From positions 146,012,001-146,076,000 of the forward strand of contig CM059432.1 in the NCBI GenBank assembly GCA_030390025.1: 64,000 nt of DNA, in the 5' to 3' direction. The stretch is from Squalus acanthias. Lineage: Eukaryota. Position numbers and translations under genes: made by a program. How positions within the stretch are numbered: the first letter of the stretch is position 1; the number at the start of each line of letters is the position of its first letter. Under the pieces are notes generated by a model. The model was not told where the DNA came from. It made no database searches and saw only the letters and a list, made by a program, of their open reading frames with translations. This document shows positions 38,244 through 47,929 of this stretch, one piece after another.

Positions 38244-40660
38244 AACATAGAAACATAGAAATATAGAAGATAGGAGCAGGAGTAGGCCATTCGGCCCCTC
38301 GAGCCTGCTCCGCCATTTAATGAGATCATGGCTGATCATCCAAATTCAGTACCCTGTACCTGCTTTCTCTCCATATCCCTTGATCCCTTTAGCCTTAAGA
38401 AATATATCTATCTCCTTCTTGAATATATTTAATGAATTGGCCTCAACAGCCTTCTGTGGTAGAGAATTCCACAGGTTCACCACTCTCTGGGTGAAGAAAT
38501 TCCTCCTCATCTCAGTCCTAAATGGCTTACCCCTTATCCTTAGACTGTGACCCCTGGTTCTGGACTCCCCTGTCATCGGGAACCTCCTTCCTGCATCTAG
38601 TCTGTCTAGTCCTGTTAGAATTTTATAAGTTTCAATGAGATCCCCTCTCGTTCTTCTAAACTCCAGCGAATATAAGCCTAATCGACCCAATCTCTCTTCA
38701 TACGTCATTCCTGCCATCCTAGGTATCAGTCTGGTAAATCTTCGCTGCACTCCCTCCATGGCAAGAACATCCTTCCTCAGATAAGGCGACCAAAACTGCA
38801 CACAATACTCAAGGTGTGGTCTCACCAAGGCCTTGTACAACTGCAGCAAGACATCCTTGCTCCTGTACTCGAATCCTCTCGCTATGAAGGCCAACAAACC
38901 ATTTGCCTTCTTAACCGCTTGCTGCACACCTGCATGCTTACCTTCAGCGACTGGTGCACAAGGACTCCCAGATCTCGTTGCACTTCCCCTTTTCCCAATC
39001 TATTGCCGTTCAGATAATAATCTGTCTTCCTGTTTTTGCCACCAAAGTGGATAACCTCGCATTTATCCACATTATACTGCATCTGCCATGCATCTGCCCA
39101 ATCACCCAACCTGTCCAAATCATACTAGAGTTTCTCTGCATCCTCCTCACAGCACACACGCCCTCCCAGTTTTGTGTCATCTGCAAACTTGGAGATATTA
39201 CATCTAGTTCCCTTATCTAGATCATTAATATATATTGTGAATAGTTGGGGTCCTAGCACCGATCCCTGCGGTACCCCACTAGTCACTGCCTGCCACTCGG
39301 AAAAAGACCCGTTTATTCCAACTCTTTGCTTCCTGTCTGCCAACCAGTTCTCTATCCAAATCAGTACCTTACCCCCAATCCCATGTGCTTTAACTTTGTA
39401 CGCTAATCTCTTATGCGGGACCTTATCGAAAGCCTTCTGAAAGTCCAAATACACCACATCCACTGGTTCTCCCTTATCTATTCTACCAGTTACATCCTCA
39501 AAAAATTCCAGTAGATTAGTCAGGCATGATTTACCTTTTGTAAATCCATGTTGACTTTGTCCGATCCTGTCACTGTTTTCCAAGTGCTCTGCTATTACAT
39601 CTTTTATAATGGACTCTAGCATTTTGCTCACTACCGATGTCAAGCTTACCAGTCTATAATTCCCCATTTTTTCTCTACCACCTTTTTTAAATAGTGGGGT
39701 TACATTAGCTACCCTCCAATCCATGGGAACTGTTCCACAGTCTATAGAATTTTGAAAGATGACCAGCAATGCATCTGCTATTTCTAGGGCCACTTCTTTA
39801 AGTACCCTAGGATGTAGATTATCAGGCCCTGGGGATTTATCGGCCTTCAATCCCGTCAATTTCCCTAACACCATTTCCCTACAAATACTGATTTCATTCA
39901 GTTCCTGCCTCTCATTAGACCCTATGTTCCCCGACATCTCTGGGAGTTTATTTGTGTCCTCCTTTGTGAAGACAGAACCAAAGTATGTATTTAATTGGTC
40001 TGCCATTTCTTTGTTCCCCATTAGAAATTCCCCTGATTCTGATTGCAAGGGACCTACGCTTGACTTCACCAATCTTTTTCTCTTCACACATTCAATTTTT
40101 ATGTTCCCTGCAAGTTTACTCTCATACTCTATTTCCCCCCTCTTAATTAATCCCTTTGTCCTCCTTTGCTGAATCCTAAACTGCTCCCAATCCTCAGGTT
40201 TGCTGCTTTTTCTGGCCAATTTATATGTCCTCTCCTTGGATCTTATGCTATCCCTAATTTCCCTTGTTAGCCACGGTTGAGTCACCTTTTTTGTTTTATT
40301 TTTATGCCAAACAGGGATGAACAAATTCTGTAGTTCATCCATGTGATCTTTAAATGTTTGCCATTGCCTATCCACCATCAACCCTTTAAGTAACATTCCC
40401 CAATCCATCCTAGCCAACTCGCGCCTCATACCATCGTAGTTTCCTTTATTTAAATTCAGTACCCTAGTCTCTGAGTCAACTACTACTTCACTCTCCATCT
40501 TAATGAAGAATTCTATCATATTATGATCGCTCCTCCCCAAGGGGCCTCGCACAACAAGACTGCTAATTAATCCTTTCTCATTACATAATACCCAGTCTAA
40601 GATGGCCTGATCTCTAGTTGGTTCCTCGACATATTGGTCCAGGAAACCATCCCGCATACA
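38244..40660 (-). mobile_element. Relatively young 5'-truncated CR1 LINE (ORF2 with few disruptions)
   Basis: About 510 aa of uninterrupted endonuclease/RT inside ORF 39125-40852, then 38346-38927; (tttctatg)n tail. Confidence 0.93.
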
Positions 40661-40911
40661 CCCACTGTTCTGGCCCCAGAAAGTCACATCTTCTGCAGCC
40701 CCTTGTAGCCAACCTGTTTGGTCCAGGCTATGGCCTTTCTGTTGCAGAATACTTGGTGTGACCTTGAGTGTTAACCTCTTAAACCCTGTTTCTAGCAATA
40801 AAAAATACAAGTTAAAAATCGAACACAGACAAAAATTTATTTTTACTACCATCTCACTCTGCTAAACTATCAACGAGCCATTCCCCACTATAGCATGGCA
40901 TATGAACTCAC

Positions 40912-41069
40912 TCTTTACTCTCCATATTGTTGCCAGGGATGTTGAGAAAGTTCCCAGTGTAATCCTTCTTTGGCGACTGTCTATTTGGTGGAATTTTTCT
41001 TGCTGCTTGGTGAGGTGCAGTATTTGGTTTGCGTTTCTTTGATGAGCATTTCTTTTGGACATTATCAGG
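40912..41069 (-). CDS. RGS22: Probable RGS22 exon (PDNVQKKCSSKKRKP...NNMESK), phase 0/2, low-conservation linker
   Basis: tttccaacag acceptor, GA|gtgagt donor, open frame in phase with the 54614 exon; K/P/S-rich like the human linker. Confidence 0.65.
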
Positions 41070-41325
41070 CTGTTGGAAACATTGCAGGAACATAAATTAA
41101 ATGAAAGTAAATTCACTGAGATTATCTTTTTTTCTTGTAATGAAATCTAATTTATGTATCTGAAGGCAGTATCACTATATTACATACATCATAGGCGCTG
41201 CTAAATGGGTTTCTTCAGCTCTCACTTCAGTAGATTTTACATTTTATTTTTGTTTCTCTCTCTTCAGTGTTTAGCACATTTTTAAATTCCTATCATTACT
41301 ATAATATTGGCACTTAATTTCCTCG

Positions 41326-41794
41326 CAGTATAATGTGGATAAATGCGAGGTTATCCACTTTGGTGGCAAAAACAGGAAGACAGTTTAGAAGAACGAGAGG
41401 GGATCTCATTGAAACTTATAAAATTCTAACAGGACTAGACAGACTAGATGCAGGAAGGATGTTCCCGATGGCGGGGGAGTCCAGAACCAGGGGTCACAGT
41501 CTAAGGATAAGGGGTAAGCCATTTAGGACTGAGATGAGGAGGAATTTCTTCACCCAGAGAGTGGTGAACCTGTGAAATTCTCTACCACAGAAGGCAGTTG
41601 AGGCCAATTCATTAAATATATTCAAGAAGGAGTTAGATATATTTCTTAAAGCTAAAGGGATCAAGGGATATGGGGAGAAGGCAGGGATAGGGTACTGAAT
41701 TTGGATGATCAGCCATGATCTCATTAAATGGTGGAACAGGCTCGAGGGGCCGAATGGCCTACTCCTGCTCCTATCTTCTATGTTTCTATGTTTC
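41326..41794 (+). mobile_element. CR1 3' end with internal deletion, near-identical to the 38244 copy in opposite orientation
   Basis: Direct sequence match; (tttctatg)n tail. Confidence 0.9.
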
Positions 41795-41942
41795 CTAGAT
41801 GTGCCAGGCAGCAAGCCATCCAGGAATGTCAGCCTGGAGAGGGGTGGCTGGGGCATTCAATGCCAACTCCCTCACACCGAGGACTGCACAGCAATACTGG
41901 AAGATATTCAATGACTTGATCAGGTAAGGTTCAAAACACTAT

Positions 41943-42685
41943 GGCCCAGAAATTGATCTCGCTCTGTTCCCGCGGGGGTAAGCCTTCCCCGCGATGTCTC
42001 ACCTCGCTTATGCTTTTTCAGATCCAGCTCGCACGAACTTGATGTTCCAGACATCAGCTGTGCTGGGCTTGCGTATCCCAGCGGCGTAGTGAATTCGTGC
42101 GAGCTGTGGGATCACGTGACTCAGTTAGAGCCAATGGCAGCACACCATCTTCCATTCATAAGTCTCACAGCATGGCTGTGAAATCTATGAATCTTACACC
42201 CCCCCAAAATAACAGCTAAACCTCAATTAAATTAAAAAAAAAAACCATCACATTAATAAAATAAGTATAGTTAATTAAATTAACCGTTTTAAATAAAAAA
42301 TTAAATGTTTGAAAAATTTAAAATCTTTTAAAAAGTTATAAAAATAAACTTACCTGTCTTTAAAGTCTATAAAAAAGATATACCTGTAAAAAAAAATTCA
42401 AAAAAATACTTAATTCACTACTTACCTTCTTAAAAGCGGGTCTTACTCCTCCTTTTTACATTTCCAAAATCTTCCCTACTTACCTGCGCGTCCAAAGCAT
42501 GAAGTGCACAGCGTGCGCGCAGCCTGTAGCGCGCACGCGATGCACCCAGGCCCCGCCCCCTTTTCAGAAGAGCAATTGCCGGTTTTCAGCGCATGCGCAG
42601 GGCATGCAGAAAACCGGCAATTGGAGTGGGAATACGCGAGAGTACGCAGTGCGTACTCTCGCGTCCTGGGATCAATTTTCGGCCC
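41943..42685 (-). mobile_element. Harbinger-type MITE, family A copy 3 (more diverged)
   Basis: Aligns with 31244-31974; flanks tat/ttt. Confidence 0.88.
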
Positions 42686-44074
42686 TTTGTGTCTTTCTTC
42701 GTTGCCCACCTTGCCCACACAACGAACCCTTCAAATTCCACTCTGCTTAAGAGCACCAACAATTCCCTATCCCACACCATGGCCACACATCTCCTCCAAT
42801 ACAGAGCAACTGCTTTGCACAACACAAAACAAGTTCCTCCACCTGGACGTACTTAAGCCCACTCCTCTCTCACCTCACCTCCTTCATTCCTCTTGCCACA
42901 CATGCCTTAATTGCAAACCAAGCAGGAGAAGTTGACAGTGCACAGCAGAGGCACCAGCAGGGGCATCCCTACATGAAAACTCTTGACCCACTCACAAGCA
43001 AAAGACTTTGGACACCATGGGCTTGCAATAGCCCCATCCCAACAGTGGTGTTGTGGCCGGCGGAAGATGACCAGTGCCAGGTGAGTACCTCAACACCCAC
43101 TTAGGCGCCATTTTCCCTCAGGCCGGCCCTGCCCGAGGGGGGCCGTGTTCACTCCTTCTCACCTACTGCCATCCTTCTCTGCAGATGCACCGGGGCTGCA
43201 GAGGGCCTCCAATGAGAGAAGAAGACTCTGAGGAAGATAATGACGTGAATGAGAGCCTCAGCAATGGAGCAGGAAATGGTAGTTCTAGAGGAGAAGGAGG
43301 AGAGCAGACAACAAGCCATGGCACAGAGGCAGCAGACTGATTTAACCTTAACTATCTCATTCCCAACCCCGTCCAGTTTGTCATCTGTGGAAGTTGCTCC
43401 CCCTTCTCTCTCCCATTCACCAGCCCAGGGAGTTCCACCCAGGGAAATGTACACAGTGAGGTTCAGGAAGTGTCACCAGTAGAATGTTCGAGAATGGAGG
43501 TGGGCAAGGATAGACCCTCTTCCCAACGGAGGCTGAGAAGGCTGCTGATTGTTTTAGAGTCCTGGGGGTAAAAATTCAGTTGGTTGCGCCTCCCGTTAGC
43601 GCCTTAAGAGGGCGCTAATGGGGCGCAAAGCCGCTAACGCCCGGGCGCAGCGATGTTTGCGCCGCTTGGGAACTTAACTAGAGATTGTGGGCGGCGCTAA
43701 AACTTACCGCTGTGACCACCTGCGCGCGCAGATTGTGACGTCATTCCATGGTGCAACGCCCTTGTGGCGCCCCAGAGCGGAAATTGAGTGGCGCCCCCTG
43801 CCTTACCGCCTGGCGCATCCAACGACCGGAAGACTGGAACGCTATCAATCACTGTGGGGCTGGGGGGGGCGCTATTTAAAGGGGGCCTCTTCCTGTCTGT
43901 TTCTGTGGTTGACATTTTTGCACCACTCGTTCTGAGAGAGAGAGAGAGATTCGGAGAGAGAGAAAGAGAGACTTCTGCATTGACTCAACACTTTGTGAGG
44001 TAGTTTTGCCTACTGATCCTAACTTCGCTGGTACTTTAGTTGCTGTCCTTCATTACTTTGCTTGCAAAGAGAAT

Positions 44075-45235
44075 ATGGGGGCTGCACTGATTGGGGGCGT
44101 CGTCCTGCTCCAGCTGAATCAGAGGATACAGAGACGCAGAGAGAGAGTGGCAATGATGGCCAGACGGAGGAGGGCCAACAGGCGTATGTACAGGAGAGCT
44201 TACCCTCCCAGGGTATATCGTGAACAGCTCTCCTACATTCATATGTCTGAGGAGCTGTGTTTGCGAAGGCTGCGATTCAGCAAGGAGGTGGTCACTGAGC
44301 TCTGCCACCTGCTGCAGCCAGATCTGCAGCCTCAACTGAGGTCCAGGACGTCTCTGTCGGTGGCAGTGAAGGTCACAGTGGCTCTCAACTTTTATGCTAC
44401 TGGCTCATTTCAAGCTGCTGCTGGGGACCTCGCCAATATCTCCCAGTTCGCGGTGCATTGCTGCATCTGGCAGGTCACAAATGCCCTCTTTAAAAGGAGA
44501 CGAGAGTTCATCTCTTTCCCCATGACCCCAGACAAGCAGCGTGACCGCGCTCTGGGCTTTGCGAGGGTAGCGGGCTTCCCCATGGTGCAGGGCGCCATTG
44601 ACTGCACGCATGTGGCTTTGCGTGCTCCGCATGAGAATGCCGAGGAATTCCGGAACAGAAAGGGGTTCCATTCCTTGAATGTTCAGTTGGTCTGTGACCA
44701 CAGACAGCTGATACTCGCTGTCAATGCCCACTATCCTGGCAGCTGCCACGATGCTTTTATCCTGCGCCAGACTACTGTGGCAGAACTTTTCGAGGCACCG
44801 CATCAGCCAGTTGGTTGGCTTCTCGGGGACAAGGGGTATGCATTGAGCACCTGGCTGATGACACCGCTCCGTACGCCCAACACCCCTGCTGAGCTGCGGT
44901 ACAATGAGAGCCATCAAGCTACCAGGAACATAATTGAGCGCACAATCGGCGTGCTGAAGCAACGGTTCCGCTGTCTCGACCATTCTGGAGGAGCCCTGCA
45001 GTACTCGCCTGAGCGAGTATCGAACTTCGTAGTCGTGTGCTGCATGTTGCATAACATGGCAATCCTCAGGACCCAGCCAATGCCACCAGGCCTTGGAGCA
45101 CCACCAGAGGAGGAGGAGGAAGAGGAGGAAGAGGACGAGGAGGATGATCATCAGCAGCACCAAGGCGGGAGGGCAGCCCACAATGGTCAAACTGCAAGGG
45201 CCGTCCGTCAATGGCTAATAGCAAGCCGCTTCTAG
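44075..45235 (+). CDS. Harbinger transposase (HARBI1-like DDE nuclease), 386 aa from ATG
   Basis: Open ORF; GAIDCTH, LLGDKGY, IERTIGVLKQRF catalytic motifs; HTH-like N-terminal region; acidic tail; upstream TATA-like gctatttaaa at about 43870. Confidence 0.93.
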   Translation: MGAALIGGVVLLQLNQRIQRRRERVAMMARRRRANRRMYRRAYPPRVYREQLSYIHMSEELCLRRLRFSKEVVTELCHLLQPDLQPQLRSRTSLSVAVKVTVALNFYATGSFQAAAGDLANISQFAVHCCIWQVTNALFKRRREFISFPMTPDKQRDRALGFARVAGFPMVQGAIDCTHVALRAPHENAEEFRNRKGFHSLNVQLVCDHRQLILAVNAHYPGSCHDAFILRQTTVAELFEAPHQPVGWLLGDKGYALSTWLMTPLRTPNTPAELRYNESHQATRNIIERTIGVLKQRFRCLDHSGGALQYSPERVSNFVVVCCMLHNMAILRTQPMPPGLGAPPEEEEEEEEEDEEDDHQQHQGGRAAHNGQTARAVRQWLIASRF

Positions 45236-45547
45236 GGCCCCTGCTGTGCAAATGGCTTCTGCCATTGCTAACAACATTAATGAACCCAGCACGCAACCCC
45301 TAAGCCGGCCAAGGCACCAATAATTCCAACCACCAACCATGTATATTTTGAATACAGAAACTTATTTATTTTACAAACTCTGTGTGTGTCAATTCCTCAT
45401 GACAAACTCATAGAAATAAACACAAAAAAACAGTCAATAACATAACTGGTTCTCACAACCTGGAGAAAATGTCCAAAACACTAAACAAAAGTTGGACCAT
45501 GAACCTTGGCCTTTAATAAAAAAATGACCAGCATTTTGTCACACCTC

Positions 45548-46518
45548 CTACTTTTTGCCCTTCGAGGGTGATCTCCTTCCCTTGCGCACTTCCCCCCTTC
45601 TAACCCTACTGCTCCTCCGTAATGGGACCTCAGTGGCTGCAGCAAGGCTGGTGGAAGGCTGCTGCTCGTCAGACCCTGACACTGCAGATGCCCCTGAAGG
45701 ACGGCCTCGACCAGTTCTGGGCCTGGAGGGCCCGGCTGCAGACTGCACCAACTCTGCATGGGCGGCAGCAGTCTGTCCTACAGGTGGTGGCAAGTGCAGT
45801 GGAGAAGTGACAGTGTTGGCAGCAGGAATGCTGTCATCGTGAGAGAGGACAGCAACTCCCTGCTCGCCCGACACACTGGCACTCCCACGGGGCAGCACTT
45901 CAGCATCCGGAGCAATCTGCTGGAGAACAGATTGCTGGCCTGCTGCGGCGCGGTGACAGCCCCGGGGACATGTGCACGAACCATCGAGGTTGGCAGCAGT
46001 CTGTGCTCGCGTGGCCTCAATCTGAGTCTGCATGAGAGCAGTCAGAGATGGGATCACGGCAGCCAGTGACTGAATTGCAGCACTAAGCGTTAGTGTGGCA
46101 TCCGCCTGTGCTACAGCGAAGTGCTCCACACTCCTTGCCAGTGACTCAATGCATTCGGGCACCCTTCCCACTGCACCCATGAGCTCAGTGTGCATGCCCA
46201 CCGCCTGGGTGTTCATTTCTGCGATCAGCCGCTCCTCCTCTGCGTCCATTGCAGTAGGAGTGTCTGGCATACTCTCCCTCTGGGGAGAAGGCCCCCGTTC
46301 TTCCCTACCCCCATGGCGTTGCTGCAGCCCGCTGGGTCCTGGAGCTTCACCCTCATCAGACCCTTCCCCCCTGCTCCCCTCCAGGGAAGGCGTGTTCCCA
46401 GTGTGGGCATGGGCTTCCTCGGGAGAGGGTGGCACTGATGCTCCGGCTTCCTTATCCTCCTCGGCTGCAGCATCACTCCCAGTGGCAGCTTCAGGGCCCG
46501 TCTCCTCTGAATCACCAT
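45548..46518 (-). CDS. Harbinger Myb/SANT-like protein, exon 3 (acidic/low-complexity, helical region, basic C-terminus)
   Basis: ctgctttcag acceptor, phase 1, open to TAG at 45548. Confidence 0.85.
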
Positions 46519-46677
46519 CTGAAAGCAGGGAGGTACAAGAGTGGCTTTAGCGTGAGGACAGGGTGGCAGTAAGGGAGGAATAAGTGCAGCGAGTTAGCAA
46601 GTTGGATTGAAAGTGTCAAAGGCTGGTGTTGTGAGGGACAAGTGGAAGGACAGAGGACAAAAAGGTGATGACCTTAC

Positions 46678-46840
46678 CATTGCTGTCCAGAACGGGGTCG
46701 GCGTCTCCAGTGGCGACGGGACCGATCACCCGGCTTGCCACAATCCTGTGGACGCGCTCCTCAAGATCGCTGAGGGGTTGCAGCTGAGGCCGCCCTCCAC
46801 CTGTCCGTTGCTGCTGTCTCCGATTATGCGCCAGCTTGGC
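46678..46840 (-). CDS. Harbinger Myb/SANT-like protein, exon 2 (AKLAHNRRQQQRTGGGRPQLQPLSDLEER...)
   Basis: ttcttacag acceptor, G|gtaagg donor, 163 nt; TGGG motif typical of this family. Confidence 0.87.
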
Positions 46841-46875
46841 CTGTAAGAAAAAGGACAGCATCTGAGTAAATATAT

Positions 46876-46983
46876 AGCCATGGTCTTGCCTGATGTGCCT
46901 CCCATAGGTGAATAGCCCTTACTGTATGCAGCCATGGTCTTGCCTGATGTGCCTCCCATAGGTGAATAGCCCTTACTGTATGC
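46876..46983. repeat. Perfect 54-bp tandem duplication in Myb intron 1
   Basis: agccatggtcttgcc...cttactgtatgc twice. Confidence 0.95.
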
Positions 46984-47124
46984 AAAGTGTGGAATGTGTG
47001 TGTGTGTTTCATGAAAGGGCCATAGGTGTTGGATGAGTGTTGTGCATTGGGGTTTTAAGACCCTCTGGCCATAGAGTGAGGTTGAGATGGAGGGATGGAG
47101 AGGTATTGAGAAAAAGCCACTCAC

Positions 47125-47361
47125 CCTGACGACCCGAGTGAGGTCGTTGAACTTTTTGCGGCATTGAGTATGGGTCCTGGGCACCATGCTCCTGGAGGAG
47201 ACGCTCTGAGCCACCTCCCTCCACACTCTTCTGAACTCGCGTGGCAAAGGCCTCCTGCCACTCTCAGGGAAGAGCATACATCTTCTGCGCTCCACCGCGC
47301 CAACCAGAGCATCCAAGACCCGCTCGGTGAAGCGATGAGCTCGTTCTCTCACCCTCTCCAT
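47125..47361 (-). CDS. Harbinger Myb/SANT-like protein, exon 1 (DNA-binding domain, 79 aa)
   Basis: MERVRERAHRFT...L...W.EVA..V....RT..QCRKKFNDL; AGG|gtgagt donor. Confidence 0.9.
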
Positions 47362-47929
47362 CCTTGGCAGCAAAATGGATTCACAGGTCTCTCCAGGCCG
47401 AGATTCAAGGCTGCAATGAGCAGGGTGTGGCTGGGGAGCAAGTTGGCCCCCCCCGCTTTAAGAAGTGGCCGGCGCCAGTGTGTCTGTGTTCCCTCGCTAA
47501 CTGGCAGCAGCTGCGATGCGCTCGCGCGCTGAGTTAGCGCCTCACTGTTCGGCCTTTGCGCCTTAAGACAGGTGTGCAGCGCCTGATTTAGCGCTCCACT
47601 CACCTCCCGGGGCGGTAAAAGTGAAGTTTCCAGTCAGTGCCGATAATTAGCGCCAGGCGCTAATATTTGCGTCCAGACGATATTTGCGCCCCAAATGGGG
47701 CGCGACCTAATTTTTCCCCCCTGGGATTTAAAGGTCATGGTCTCTCACTTGAAAAATGGATGTTTGAGGAACATTGTACGTATCTGCAGGCTCTGGAGAC
47801 AATCTCCCAGAAGGTACAGCAATAGGCAGATGTGACTGTTGAGTCTACTGCCGAGAAACTGGATAAGGGCCGAAAACAGGAGTGGGGACCGCGATGCATG
47901 GGGCCCAAGTTCATGCGAGGCTAGTTCTA

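Larger units (their letters stand above)
43565..47720. mobile_element. Apparently intact autonomous PIF/Harbinger transposon (4156 bp)
   Basis: TIR GGGG(T/G)AAAAATT, TSD CTG (43562-43564 and 47721-47723), two convergent uninterrupted genes. Confidence 0.93.

Noticed and set aside
39125..40852. 575-aa stand-alone gene
   Set aside because: 5'-truncated CR1 ORF2; the first 65 or so residues are flanking sequence in frame by chance.
44006..44074. 409-aa transposase starting at TTG
   Set aside because: Non-ATG start from the ORF track; the ATG at 44075 (MGA...) matches the start seen in the related 21321 remnant.
44405..45211. 268-aa antisense ORF and similar GC-rich antisense or MITE ORFs
   Set aside because: Shadows of transposase or GC-rich repeats with no recognisable motifs.
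44075..45235. Domesticated host gene HARBI1 (with NAIF1/MSANTD partner)
   Set aside because: Enclosed by TIRs and a TSD inside an intron, with decayed relatives nearby; better explained as a transposon, so no gene symbol was assigned.
46726..47373. Single-exon 215-aa Myb ORF
   Set aside because: Reads through a strong donor at 47124 into an intron; the spliced model restores the conserved NDLTR..AKLAHN..TGGG continuity.
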